Below, in pieces: positions 1 through 9,377 of a stretch of 40,341 nt of DNA (its first letter is position 1; each line of letters begins with the position of its first letter). Location of the stretch: the IMG/VR virus record IMGVR_UViG_2619619135_000001, positions 1-40,341 of that record. One strand, written 5' to 3'. The notes under the pieces were generated by a model, which worked only from the letters and a program-made list of their open reading frames with translations, searched no databases and had not been told where the DNA came from. This DNA comes from a virus. Its lineage: Duplodnaviria > Heunggongvirae > Uroviricota > Caudoviricetes. The position numbers and the translations under genes are program-made.

Positions 1-405
1 ATGGATCAGGTCGTTGTTTTTCAAAAGATGTTTGAGCAAGTGAGAAAAGAGCAAAACTTCTCCTGGTTTTATTCAGAATTAAAACATCACCGTATTGCAC
101 ATTACATTTATTATCTGGCTACGGATAACATCAGAATTATTACTCACGATGATACGGTTTTGTTATTAAGAGGAACCAGAAACCTGTTAAAAGTTAGTAC
201 GACCAAGAACCCTGCTAAAATAAAAGAGGCCGCATTGCTTCATATTTGCGGAAAATCTACATTTCGGGAATACTGTTCAACACTGGCAGGCGCGGGCGTT
301 TTCCGGTGGGTTACTGATGTTAATCATAACAAACGCAGTTACTACGCCATTGATAATACGCTTTTATATATTGAAGATGTAGAAAATAATAAACCATTAA
401 TCTAG
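1..405 (+). CDS. ycgX: YcgX-like host protein, 134 aa (DUF1398, family name from memory)
   Basis: Full-length ORF starting at window base 1. Identity rests on size and synteny with iraM/icdC as I recall it in E. coli K-12; not searched. Confidence 0.5.
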   Translation: MDQVVVFQKMFEQVRKEQNFSWFYSELKHHRIAHYIYYLATDNIRIITHDDTVLLLRGTRNLLKVSTTKNPAKIKEAALLHICGKSTFREYCSTLAGAGVFRWVTDVNHNKRSYYAIDNTLLYIEDVENNKPLI

Positions 406-611
406 CTAAAGTTGGATACTTAAGAAATGCTTCATAATTCAGTAAGGCATTAGCATAATGGAAATAAAAGTGCAGAGACTATCTCTATGGATGATTAATA
501 CTGTCTTTTTATTGTCACCCATAAATAATCACCAGACTAATACTATCAACTTGATATTTGAAATGTGATCACTTGACTTTTGATACGTTATTTTATAACG
601 GTTAACATATT

Positions 612-648
612 TATAAAAACAACGGCCGTGCCACACGTCCGTTTCAAT
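612..648. terminator. Intrinsic terminator-like hairpin downstream of ycgX
   Basis: Seen: ACGGCCGTG-cca-CACGTCCGT (one mismatch) followed by TTT at 622-645. It is a diverged direct copy of the element at 1478-1512. Confidence 0.4.
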
Positions 649-1104
649 ACTTAACGCACATGTATTTTGGTTTAGTCATCATCCGGTTATATGTATTTTA
701 GCCAGGAACAGGTTAAATCATTCCTATATAACTCAAAAATTGAAACCTTATTCTCATGTCATGCTTATATTCATTATTATCGTTATATAAAAAGGCAACC
801 ATAATGTTTAGCAAATTGGCACAAAGTAGCATAAAGGCTATGTTTTAATTACAGGATGTTCAGTCATTTGAATGTATAACATTATAGCTAAACAAATCTA
901 AAACGAAGTCAATAATTTATTGCTTTCACAAAATCTCATTTTGTTTAACATCCATTGAGATTCCTTGCTTTAAATTTTATTTTATATAAGCCATCATTTT
1001 AATTAATTTATTTTTTTGAGGAGGGGGTAATATACTCATATGCAAAATCAAGAAATAAACATCCTAATGAACCATATTAAATACCGTGGGATAAGACATA
1101 ACAA

Positions 1105-1428
1105 ATGAAGTGGATAGTAATTGACACGGTAATTCAACCTACATGTGGTATATCTTTTTCAGCCATATGGGGTAATATGAAAATGATCATCTGGTATCAA
1201 TCTACTATATTTCTCCCTCCTGGCAGTATATTTACACCGGTTAAGTCTGGTATTATCCTTAAGGATAAAGAATATCCTATTACTATTTATCACATCGCAC
1301 CATTCAACAAGGATTTATGGAGTTTACTCAAAAGCAGTCAAGAGTGTCCTCCAGGAGAAAGCAAAATAACAAATAAATGTTTACATAATAGTTGCATTAT
1401 AAAAATATGCCCATATGGGCTCAAGTAA
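1105..1428 (+). CDS. iraM: Anti-adaptor protein IraM (RssB inhibitor), 107 aa
   Basis: 107-aa ORF starting [11 protein letters not shown], matching IraM in length and sequence as I recall it, and in its position next to icdC. Preceded by a long AT-rich leader. Confidence 0.6.
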   Translation: MKWIVIDTVIQPTCGISFSAIWGNMKMIIWYQSTIFLPPGSIFTPVKSGIILKDKEYPITIYHIAPFNKDLWSLLKSSQECPPGESKITNKCLHNSCIIKICPYGLK

Positions 1429-1477
1429 TGGGCTTCATATAAATATGCTCGATATGCTATTAATAATATCCACATAA

Positions 1478-1512
1478 ATAAAACAACGGGCGTGTTATAC
1501 GCCCGTTTCAAT
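1478..1512. terminator. Bidirectional intrinsic terminator between iraM and icdC
   Basis: Seen: perfect 8-bp stem ACGGGCGT-gttat-ACGCCCGT at 1486-1506, with a T-run after it on the plus strand and TGTTTTATTTAT after it on the minus strand, immediately 3' of the icdC stop. Confidence 0.6.
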
Positions 1513-1530
1513 ATTTAACACATGGAGAGA

Positions 1531-1696
1531 TTACATGTTTTCGATGATCGCTTCACCAAACTCTGAACATTTCAGCAGCTTAGCGCCTTCCATCAGACGT
1601 TCGAAGTCATAAGTTACGGTCTTGGCATTGATTGCGCCTTCCATACCTTTAACAATCAGGTCAGCCGCTTCAGTCCAACCCATATGGCGCAGCATT
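1531..1696 (-). pseudogene. icdC: icdC: displaced 3' fragment of the isocitrate dehydrogenase gene (prophage attR junction)
   Basis: Seen: minus-strand translation [54 protein letters not shown]-stop, which matches the Icd C-terminus as I recall it. An in-frame stop lies two codons upstream, so no 5' icd sequence is present. Known: e14 and phage 21 integrate in icd. Confidence 0.85.
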
Positions 1697-1928
1697 AGTT
1701 AGATGACTAAATCGTAACTATTTGACATAGCAACATAATTTTACTAATTTGCATATAACTCATTAGCCCTTAGCATTTCTATAACTCATTGAGTATAAAC
1801 ATGTGTTTTTGAGTTTTGATAACCATTTTTAGCATAAAAATAGCAGTTAACATTTGCAGAGGTTAAGATCAGAGAAAATTTTTACCCTGTAGGGTATTAC
1901 GTCTTAAATGTGACTTTAATAAATAATT

Positions 1929-2762
1929 TTATTTCTGTAATCGGTTTATATTAACGTAAAGCATCTCGATTAGTTCTTTTGCATTTTTACTATAGTGCAA
2001 TTCTCTATGGCAATTCGGACAAAGGGCAACACAGTTATCTGTTGTATCAGCACCACCTGAAGACAGGGGAATTACATGATGCACTTCCAAATATGGGTTT
2101 CCATCATTTAAATAAAACGGAGCATTTTTACCACAGTTTTCACATATACCTTTACTTTGCTGTAAAATCCAAGCTTTTACCATCGGGTCTCGGACATAAA
2201 CTTTTTGTAGTCTTTCTACCTCAACTGGTTTCCTGGAGCCCTCGGGTTGACTCAACGTTTTCTTAATTAATTTACTAACCCTCATATTCAGAAGCGATTC
2301 ATCATCTGTAGGCTGTGAAAGCTCTGATAGTTCTCCACGTATTATAGACGCCCAAAAACTGTCACTATAAATACCTGGAACATTTATCAATATTCGTTTC
2401 GTTCTATTGCCGGAAGGAATTTCCTTTCTCCCCGTACGACTAAAATAAGCCTGATAACCACACATCTTCAAGCGTATATCGCGGGGGCTATTACCAATCA
2501 AAGTAAAATATTCACCAGGATGGATTTTTCTTTCATCCAAAGAATGCATATGTTTTCTGACTGATGATGACGCCAGATATACTACGACTTGGGATACACC
2601 AGAATCAACCAACCGTTCAATGATATAATCAAGAGCGATATTGTAATCTTTGTTTCTGTCACCCGGCCCCCACGACTCAAGGATTAGACCATAAACACCA
2701 TCCTCTTCACCTATCGAACACTCAGCTTTCAGTTCAATTCCATTATTATCAAAAACATGCAT
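1929..2762 (-). CDS. mcrA: 5-methylcytosine-specific restriction endonuclease McrA (HNH nuclease), 277 aa
   Basis: 277-aa ORF with a C-terminal HNH motif (CENCG...HHVIPLSSGG...CPNCH). Sequence and position next to pinE match e14 McrA as I recall it. Confidence 0.9.
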   Translation of the reverse strand: MHVFDNNGIELKAECSIGEEDGVYGLILESWGPGDRNKDYNIALDYIIERLVDSGVSQVVVYLASSSVRKHMHSLDERKIHPGEYFTLIGNSPRDIRLKMCGYQAYFSRTGRKEIPSGNRTKRILINVPGIYSDSFWASIIRGELSELSQPTDDESLLNMRVSKLIKKTLSQPEGSRKPVEVERLQKVYVRDPMVKAWILQQSKGICENCGKNAPFYLNDGNPYLEVHHVIPLSSGGADTTDNCVALCPNCHRELHYSKNAKELIEMLYVNINRLQK

Positions 2763-2868
2763 AATATTAACCTTTAATCAATTTTTCACGACAATACTAC
2801 TTTTATTGATAAAATTGCAACAAGTTGCTGTTATTTTACTTTCTTTTGTACACAAAGTGTCTTTAACT

Positions 2869-3423
2869 TTATTTATCCCCTGCAGGAAACCTCTTATACA
2901 AAGTTGACACACCAACATCATAGATAATCGCCACCTTCTGGCGAGGAGCTCCTGATGCAATTAATCGTCCGGCCTGTTCCCATTGTTCTGGTGTAAGTTT
3001 GGGACGACGTCCACCAATTCGTCCCTGTGCGCGAGCAGCTTCCAGTCCAGCTTTTGTTCTTTCAACAATCAGTTCACGCTCCATTTCAGCCAGGGCACCC
3101 ATCACATGAAAGAAAAAGCGCCCCATTGGGGTACTGGTATCAATTGAATCCGTCAGACTACGAAAGTTGATGCCTCGTTCGCGCAACTCCTCCACCAGCA
3201 CGACAAGATGCCGCATACTACGCCCCAGCCGATCCAGCTTCCAGACAACCAGAGTGTCCCCTGCCGATAATGTCCTGAGCAGTTTTTTCAGTCCCGGCCT
3301 TTCGGACTTTGTACCGCTTACCTTGTCTTCAAAAATCAGCTCGCATCCTGCACAGTTCAGCGCATTACGTTGTAGATCTGTGTTCTGGTCATTTGTTGAT
3401 ACGCGTACATAGCCAATAAGCAT
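2869..3423 (-). CDS. pinE: Serine DNA invertase Pin (Hin/Gin/Cin family)
   Basis: Seen: MLIGYVRVSTNDQNTDLQ resolvase N-terminus with the catalytic serine, and a C-terminal HTH. Start moved to ATG at 3421-3423 rather than the upstream in-frame MASFLLL extension. Adjacent to the invertible segment. Confidence 0.9.
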   Translation of the reverse strand: MLIGYVRVSTNDQNTDLQRNALNCAGCELIFEDKVSGTKSERPGLKKLLRTLSAGDTLVVWKLDRLGRSMRHLVVLVEELRERGINFRSLTDSIDTSTPMGRFFFHVMGALAEMERELIVERTKAGLEAARAQGRIGGRRPKLTPEQWEQAGRLIASGAPRQKVAIIYDVGVSTLYKRFPAGDK

Positions 3424-3449
3424 GGTAGATCCCCCTGACAAAAGCAGGA

Positions 3450-3959
3450 ATGATGCCATTTGCTCGTTATTTCTGCATTTTCATAAACGTTGGTTTGGGA
3501 GAAACGATAAATAAAGCCTCCGGAGCTATGCAGAAATCGGCTAATGGAGCTGATATTTCTGATGTATCAGCCTTCCGAAATGCGCTCCAGTTAGGGACCG
3601 CCGCAACACGAGATGTTGGAGCAGATAATGCCTCGAAGTTACTGGATTTAGACAGCTTCAGGTCAATGATGTCAGGGAATGGCTACATCTACATTCCATG
3701 CATTGCGACGACAGGAAACCCGGTGAAACTTATGTTGCAGTGGGGAACGGTGGCAACACAAAAGGGAGCTGATGCTGGATATGCCTTACCATTTGCTTTT
3801 CCCTATGCAGGCTTATTTGCGACCGGAAACCGTGGAACATCTGGCTACAATGCCGCGATGAATGTGCGTATTGCCAGCAGAACGCATATCAGTATTCAGA
3901 ACTGGTCGCCATCCGGAGAGGGCACCGAAGATTGTTGTTTTATCGCGCTGGGGTATTAA
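3450..3959 (+). CDS. Silent alternative tail-fibre C-terminal cassette (promoterless Stf variable part)
   Basis: Seen: the ORF has no tail-fibre N-terminus; it encodes NVGLGE across the recombination site and would be fused in frame to the Stf constant region after inversion. Confidence 0.65.
   Translation: MMPFARYFCIFINVGLGETINKASGAMQKSANGADISDVSAFRNALQLGTAATRDVGADNASKLLDLDSFRSMMSGNGYIYIPCIATTGNPVKLMLQWGTVATQKGADAGYALPFAFPYAGLFATGNRGTSGYNAAMNVRIASRTHISIQNWSPSGEGTEDCCFIALGY
3478..3503. other. Pin recombination site, pin-proximal (gix/hix-like 26-mer)
   Basis: Seen: TTTTCATAAACGTTGGTTTGGGAGAA. Its reverse complement shares the first 14 nt (TTCTCCCAAACCAA) with the site at 5399-5424. Confidence 0.7.
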
Positions 3960-3961
3960 GA

Positions 3962-4378
3962 ATGAATAAATTTTATAAAGGCTCTTTCTATCCGGAAGCA
4001 CTAAAAGATGTATATATCAGCGCCGGTTCATGGCCTGAAAATGGCGCTGATGTTGATGATGAAACAATGGCAATTTACACAGGCGTAGCGCCAGAAGGCA
4101 AAACGCTGGGGGCTGAAAAAAATGGTAATCCTGCGTGGATTGATATCCCGCCACTCTCCGCTGAACAACAGATTATTCAGGCTGAACAGAAAAGAACGGT
4201 ATTGCGTTCTATGGCTGATAAGGAAATAGTCTGGAGACAGGATGCTTTTGATGCGGAAATCGCGACGGCAGAAGAAACCGCCGCGTTATCTGAATGGAAA
4301 AAATACCGGGTCTTGCTGATGCGCGTTGATACATCAAATCCCGTCTGGCCTACGCCTCCGGGGGAGCAGGCCAATTGA
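3962..4378 (+). CDS. Tail fibre assembly protein, alternative (silent-orientation) copy
   Basis: 138-aa ORF starting MNKFYKGSFYP immediately after the silent Stf cassette. Its C-terminal region parallels the opposite-strand Tfa (both end ...PDINWPAPPEA / ...VWPTPPGEQAN). Confidence 0.65.
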   Translation: MNKFYKGSFYPEALKDVYISAGSWPENGADVDDETMAIYTGVAPEGKTLGAEKNGNPAWIDIPPLSAEQQIIQAEQKRTVLRSMADKEIVWRQDAFDAEIATAEETAALSEWKKYRVLLMRVDTSNPVWPTPPGEQAN

Positions 4379-4952
4379 TATCCGGCGCGGTGCTGGTATC
4401 AGTTGCCGTCACCGCGTCAATGTAATCCAGCACAGCGTTAAGTCGGGTGTTTTCTGTCTGCGTCAGCTTCCGCCCGGTCTGCAATTTCAGTTGAATCAGA
4501 CTAATGGAAGCCATTGCAGTATCAATCAGTGACTGACGCTGTGCTTCTGCCGCGCCTACTGCGGCACTATGCTGTGTCTCAGTATCTGTCACCCATTTCT
4601 CACCATCCCATTTATCGTATGGCGTTAACGGTGCGAGAGTGGTTGTATTATCAGGGTAATCACCCGGTGCTGTGATTTCTTTTGATTCTCCTGTTTCGGT
4701 GCTAAAGACAATTTCACCGCGATGGTCTGGCGCATATTCCCATGAGTTAAAATCTGCAGAACGGCAGATTGCATAACCAGCTTTATGTGTAACTGGTGCA
4801 TCTAAACAAGAACATGCCGGTATACCGACGCCAACCGCAAGATATTCAGTTGATGTGGAAATATATTCCCGCGTTTCACCATCATAATTATAAATGGTAA
4901 TGTCTCCCGCTTTTATGGCAATGAGTTCGTTATTTAATACGGCTTTATTCAT
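4350..4952 (-). CDS. Tail fibre assembly protein Tfa (currently expressed orientation)
   Basis: 200-aa ORF directly downstream of stf on the same strand, starting [17 protein letters not shown], a typical Tfa N-terminus. Confidence 0.75.
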   Translation of the reverse strand: MNKAVLNNELIAIKAGDITIYNYDGETREYISTSTEYLAVGVGIPACSCLDAPVTHKAGYAICRSADFNSWEYAPDHRGEIVFSTETGESKEITAPGDYPDNTTTLAPLTPYDKWDGEKWVTDTETQHSAAVGAAEAQRQSLIDTAMASISLIQLKLQTGRKLTQTENTRLNAVLDYIDAVTATDTSTAPDINWPAPPEA

Positions 4953-5701
4953 CAGGCAGCCCTCACGATATAATTAAAGGCAATGTTACGAGGTCGGTTT
5001 TCGTTTGCAGTTGGAACAACTCTGGAAGCATCGAATGTTACTCGCTTTGCATAACCACCTTTAATTGAATCAGATGAAGCATCTCCGATGACGCTGGTTG
5101 TAAAAACGCCAGAATCAGAAGGGTAGGTATTAAACCTGACATCCACTAATGCACCAATTATATTTCGAATGGCATCTCCCTGTGACGAAAGCAAGCTACG
5201 GTTAGTATCTATTCCTCTTCCGTCATCCCAGCCACGAATGAACTCACCACGTAAATCAGGCAATTTATTTGTCGGGTAAGCCTTTGCCAGTTCCGGGTAT
5301 TCTTCAGCAGAAAAAGCCGCACCGTTGCATTTCAGCCAGCCTGTTGGCGGAGTGGCGGAAGGCCACGGAACAGGCACACCAACGGGTAATGCCGAACCTT
5401 CTCCCAAACCAAGGTTTTCGAGAGCCGTTTGCACAGTGCCATCCGATTTGATATCGCCAAACGGATTCTTGCGGCTTAACAGCAGCGCACGAAGTGCGGT
5501 AAGCAGCTGGTCATGCCGCCCTTTCTCCAGGCTGGCACCGGAGGCCTCCACCACGCTACAAAGTTCTTCCTGCAACATGTCAAAGTAGTCATCATCCAGA
5601 TCGGTGGCAGGTGTGCCGGTCTGGGGGTTACCACGGGTAAAACCGTTCTTACCCGCGCCGAACTTATCCTTCTGCGCGGTTTTCGTGTCTATACGATGCA
5701 T
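4952..5701 (-). CDS. Side tail fibre protein Stf (constant N-terminus plus currently fused variable C-terminus)
   Basis: Seen: GGAG SD 7 nt before the ATG; N-terminus [22 protein letters not shown] is typical of Mu/P2-type fibres; the recombination site lies inside the codons for LENLGLGEG. Confidence 0.8.
   Translation of the reverse strand: MHRIDTKTAQKDKFGAGKNGFTRGNPQTGTPATDLDDDYFDMLQEELCSVVEASGASLEKGRHDQLLTALRALLLSRKNPFGDIKSDGTVQTALENLGLGEGSALPVGVPVPWPSATPPTGWLKCNGAAFSAEEYPELAKAYPTNKLPDLRGEFIRGWDDGRGIDTNRSLLSSQGDAIRNIIGALVDVRFNTYPSDSGVFTTSVIGDASSDSIKGGYAKRVTFDASRVVPTANENRPRNIAFNYIVRAA
5399..5424. other. Pin recombination site, distal (inside stf)
   Basis: Seen: TTCTCCCAAACCAAGGTTTTCGAGAG, an imperfect palindrome around a central AA and the inverted partner of 3478-3503. 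Confidence 0.7.
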
Positions 5702-5704
5702 GGA

Positions 5705-6289
5705 TTACTCCGGATATTTAAAAATTACGTAGGTATGCGACGGGCAGAGTTTGTTAAGCACGCACTCGACAACGGTGTCACCCCAGATACGCAGTGCGGA
5801 ATCACAGGGATCACCACATGTCATCCAGGTGGTGTTGGTGGCGGCTGGCATGTTGACCTGCCAGTAATACCGCCATTCCGGCGCATTCACCGCGTCAGTA
5901 CAGGCCGATGAGCAGGTGAACGTGCTTTTATCGTATCGCGTGATAGTGGCGTCTGGTCTGCCCAGGGCAGCAAGCTGTGCAAGGTAAAAATCCTCATTGA
6001 TGCCGCCCGCCAGATTAACCTTCGCATCCAGCCGTTGCTGACGCTGGCGAAGGGTCTGTGTCCCTGCGGGAATACATTCATCCGGCAGACCGCACAAACG
6101 CTCCCAGCGGTTTATCAGTTCAGTGGTGGTGCGCGGATCCAGCTCCCGCATCAGGGCATCCGCACGCTGATGAACACGGGTTAATGACGGTGCCGCACCT
6201 GCAATCGCCGGATCGCTGGCTGACCACGCCGGACCGGGCGGCAGCAGTGCCGACAACAGACGGATGTAATCATCGTTTGTCACGTCCAT
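5705..6289 (-). CDS. Tail/baseplate protein (Mu gp48-like, e14 YmfQ position)
   Basis: Position between the baseplate J gene and stf; family assignment from memory. Confidence 0.55.
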   Translation of the reverse strand: MDVTNDDYIRLLSALLPPGPAWSASDPAIAGAAPSLTRVHQRADALMRELDPRTTTELINRWERLCGLPDECIPAGTQTLRQRQQRLDAKVNLAGGINEDFYLAQLAALGRPDATITRYDKSTFTCSSACTDAVNAPEWRYYWQVNMPAATNTTWMTCGDPCDSALRIWGDTVVECVLNKLCPSHTYVIFKYPE

Positions 6290-7338
6290 GAAATCGTCCC
6301 CAGAACCGCCAGTTCATTTTTTGCAATGGAGATATTGTCCGCCGGTGCAAGCAACTGATGGCTGTATTCCCCGTTCGCACCGGAAATCGCTTCACTGATA
6401 CGTGACACCTTCAGTTCTCCCTGCGGATAACCATCACGCAGCAGGAACGAACGCAACTCGGCGGTGATGGCAGCCCGTATTTCCGGTGTGTCCGGCGTCA
6501 CGCGGATATGAAAATCCACTTTATGCGCCACCGGCCTGAACACATACAAATCAGAGCCTGCCACCGGGGCCAGTGGCCCGATATGTTGTCTTGCCGCCGT
6601 TTCCGTTGATTCTTCCGGAATGGGATTAATCAGGTCACTGCCGGCAATCATCACACCGACAGTTCCCGTTCCCATCCAGTGACGGTATGTCCATGCGCGG
6701 GTAATGCCGGGCACTTCTTTAGCCCAGACGACATAGTCCCCGTCAGCCCCGCCCTGCGGCGTCCAGTAATACCGCTCAATGACGCGGGCGCGCCACGTTT
6801 CCAGATCTTCAGTATCGAATCCGCCAGTCAGGGTATCTGCAACACCGGAAGACGGCAGACCATTCACCGGCGTGACCAGGATTAATGCCGTACCGTCGTC
6901 AGCGTTACCGACCGCGCCTGCACTTGAGCAGGCGATCGGCACGCGCAGGACACCACCGGAGCTGGTTGCATCAGCAGTTGCCGTGTACTGAACCAGGTCA
7001 TCGCGCTGAATCACGCTCCCGGCGGTCACCTTCAGGCCATCGCTGACACCTTCCCAGCGCATATACCCGCTGGCAGCCGTGGCCCCCTTGCGCGGACACC
7101 GTTTCATCGCAGCATGTCGCGCCAGCCAGGACTCATCGCACAGGTCAGGCAGCATGTTCATTGCCAGATAATCGATGTAACCGTAAACCGTATGCAGCGC
7201 CGCCGCATACACCTTTGCCCGCACGTCTTCATCCATGCGCCGGAGCGTGTCGCTGACGTCCAGCCTGGCGAATAAATCGTTACGGAGCATACTGATATTT
7301 TCTGCCAGCGTCGGGCGCTGAAATTCACTGTCCGCCAT
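6280..7338 (-). CDS. Baseplate J-like protein (Mu gp47 / e14 JayE-like)
   Basis: 352-aa ORF in the canonical baseplate order upstream of the fibre genes. Confidence 0.65.
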   Translation of the reverse strand: MADSEFQRPTLAENISMLRNDLFARLDVSDTLRRMDEDVRAKVYAAALHTVYGYIDYLAMNMLPDLCDESWLARHAAMKRCPRKGATAASGYMRWEGVSDGLKVTAGSVIQRDDLVQYTATADATSSGGVLRVPIACSSAGAVGNADDGTALILVTPVNGLPSSGVADTLTGGFDTEDLETWRARVIERYYWTPQGGADGDYVVWAKEVPGITRAWTYRHWMGTGTVGVMIAGSDLINPIPEESTETAARQHIGPLAPVAGSDLYVFRPVAHKVDFHIRVTPDTPEIRAAITAELRSFLLRDGYPQGELKVSRISEAISGANGEYSHQLLAPADNISIAKNELAVLGTISWT

Positions 7339-7753
7339 GCGTTATCGCACTCCACAGATCATCAAAAGAAATCATTACCGGTCCGTCACGACGCCAGAGA
7401 GTGATACTGTTACCCAGTTCATTAATCCCGGTGCGGCGGATATCCAGATCAATACGGGACACCACGCCGTCATCAATCATCCATTGCAGGCATTCGCGGA
7501 TATACCCCCTTACCGTCTGCACCAGCTGATTGGTCAGTTTGCTGCGCTGAAGCAGCCACAGTCGGGAGCCGTAACGGTCATTCTGTACCGCAGGCCAGGT
7601 ATCCCCCCACCATCCCATCGGGACGTCGGCGTTGTCATCAGGCCCCGCCCGCCGCCAGGTAAACAGGGAAATCACCACGGCGCGGGTCAGCGGATCCAGC
7701 GGTGCGCTGGCGCAGGTGCGTTTACCGTTCACCGTCAACCACAGTTCCATCAT
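7325..7753 (-). CDS. Baseplate protein (Mu gp46 / gpW-gp25-like)
   Basis: 142-aa ORF in the conserved position; its stop overlaps the next start. Confidence 0.5.
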   Translation of the reverse strand: MMELWLTVNGKRTCASAPLDPLTRAVVISLFTWRRAGPDDNADVPMGWWGDTWPAVQNDRYGSRLWLLQRSKLTNQLVQTVRGYIRECLQWMIDDGVVSRIDLDIRRTGINELGNSITLWRRDGPVMISFDDLWSAITHGGQ

Positions 7754-8298
7754 GCCTCCATCGCTTTATCAGGTTTGTCGGTGTTACTGCCCTGACCGTT
7801 CTCTCTGTGACGATGCCCGTTATAGGCAAGCCGCATCGCTGACATGGTGGTGCCGCTGGAGTCGCACAGGTCTTTCACCTGTCCTGTCACTTCCAGGTCC
7901 ATTTCAAAACGTGCTTTAGGTGAATTGCGAAACGTGATCGTTTTACCTGCACCGTCCACCACGATCCCCTCCCGGGTCAGCGTCACGGACTGCCCCTGAT
8001 CGTCATAGACCGCCACCTCACCCGTCTGCAGCCCTTTCAGGCGGTAGCGCCGGTCCGACACCGTAACAACCACCGCATGAGAACGGTCGCCATCCGGAAA
8101 CAACACCACCGCTTCCGCACCGCTGTTTGCCCTTGCGGTAAAACCGTAGGGTTCAAGATGTTCAACCCCGGCTTTGGGTTCACCGGCAATCAGGGACACA
8201 TCCACGGTCTGACATTTCGTGGCGGCACTGATGCTTTTCACCACTGCCCGCCCAATCAGGCCGAGGAGTTGTCGCTGCATGGCTTCAATCGTCCTCAT
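7750..8298 (-). CDS. Baseplate spike/assembly protein V-like (Mu gp45)
   Basis: 182-aa ORF in the conserved position between the hub and gp46-like genes. Confidence 0.55.
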   Translation of the reverse strand: MRTIEAMQRQLLGLIGRAVVKSISAATKCQTVDVSLIAGEPKAGVEHLEPYGFTARANSGAEAVVLFPDGDRSHAVVVTVSDRRYRLKGLQTGEVAVYDDQGQSVTLTREGIVVDGAGKTITFRNSPKARFEMDLEVTGQVKDLCDSSGTTMSAMRLAYNGHRHRENGQGSNTDKPDKAMEA

Positions 8299-9377
8299 CA
8301 GAACGGGTCCTCCTGTACTCTGGCTTTTTTCTTTTTCCGCGCGCCGGGGGCTTCGGGTTCAGGCAGATAAGCATCAGGTGGGCCGACACGGATTTCCGTC
8401 AGGGTGCCGTTCTGGTTCTGAGTAAACGTGACTTCCGAGACAAGCAGTTCGGTATTGTCGAAACCACAGACCGGATCGAAGACAATCACCCGCTGGTTGG
8501 GTTGCCACAGCGTACCGTTACCCTGTCGCCAGCCCTGCACCACATAGGTGGTTTCATCCGTCCGCGCCGCCCGTTGCCGGGCTTCAAAGTCCGCACGGGC
8601 AATACAGCCTGCCCCCGTAGCCTGCCCTGTCTGCCTGATATACATCGGACGGTAACGGGCAATAAATGCGTCTTCTGTGCGGGCCCGCAGCGCGGTGGTG
8701 GTGGCCTCACCGAAATCATCGTCATTTCCGGCACGCTGCCCCGCCACCTGGTAAACTGAAAACCGCTCCCGGATACTCTTCTCCGTATCACAGGAAAGGA
8801 TGTTTTCCCCAAGTACCAGCGCGGTATGTGCCCGCGTTGAGCCAATACCGCCAATCACCAGCCTGCCATGCGGGTCGTCGTAAGCCAGTGCCTGCTGCTG
8901 ACCGAGTATTTTGTTGATCACCTCGATCACCGTTTCGCCGTGATCAGGCTGGACATCCGGAATAACACCCGACGGCGCACCGTTGTTCACCACCTCAATG
9001 CCGAAAGGCGCAGCAAGCGCCTGCGCAATCTGTACCAGCGATCGTCCGTTAAACTGTGTCGATTCGGCTGCACAGTCAATCAGGTCAGCGGTCAGACTGC
9101 GTCCGGCAATACCGGTGCTGACCGAACGGGCATCGTAACGAACGGGCGTCGCCTCCACCCAGCCGGTGATCACCAGCTCATCACCAATCAGAACTTCCAC
9201 TTTTGAACCGTTTTTAATACGCGGCTGAAGCGTGGTGATACCCTCATCTCCCGGCCACTGGCGGGGGATCTCCACACTGAAATCCCGTGCCAGCCGTTCA
9301 ATACCGGCACCGATGCGCACCGATGTCCAGCCATTCCACTCCCGGCCATTTACCCGTAGCGTGACGTTATCGTTCAT
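8298..9377 (-). CDS. Baseplate hub protein (Mu P/gp44, P2 gpD-like)
   Basis: 359-aa ORF following the DNA-circularisation-like gene in the Mu tail gene order. Confidence 0.6.
   Translation of the reverse strand: MNDNVTLRVNGREWNGWTSVRIGAGIERLARDFSVEIPRQWPGDEGITTLQPRIKNGSKVEVLIGDELVITGWVEATPVRYDARSVSTGIAGRSLTADLIDCAAESTQFNGRSLVQIAQALAAPFGIEVVNNGAPSGVIPDVQPDHGETVIEVINKILGQQQALAYDDPHGRLVIGGIGSTRAHTALVLGENILSCDTEKSIRERFSVYQVAGQRAGNDDDFGEATTTALRARTEDAFIARYRPMYIRQTGQATGAGCIARADFEARQRAARTDETTYVVQGWRQGNGTLWQPNQRVIVFDPVCGFDNTELLVSEVTFTQNQNGTLTEIRVGPPDAYLPEPEAPGARKKKKARVQEDPF

Larger units (their letters stand above)
3478..5424. mobile_element. Pin-invertible tail-fibre host-range segment (e14 P-segment / Mu G-segment type), about 1.95 kb
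   Basis: Seen: inverted 26-bp sites bracket two opposed stf-variable/tfa gene pairs, with the invertase gene directly outside. Known: Gin/Pin/Cin inversion systems have this layout. Confidence 0.75.

Noticed and set aside
1040-1108. 22-codon upstream ORF ([22 protein letters not shown]) whose stop overlaps the iraM ATG (ATGA)
   Set aside because: The GGAGG is about 15 nt from the ATG, too far for confident translation, and I cannot confirm conservation. Left as a note rather than a feature.
1979-2266. 95-aa plus-strand ORF inside mcrA
   Set aside because: Antisense to the McrA coding sequence, with no independent signals.
2869-3459. Extended PinE start (MASFLLLSGGST...) from the track
   Set aside because: Serine invertases begin at the conserved MLIGY...S motif. 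The upstream 12 codons overlap the recombination-site/promoter region and the opposite-strand ORF start.
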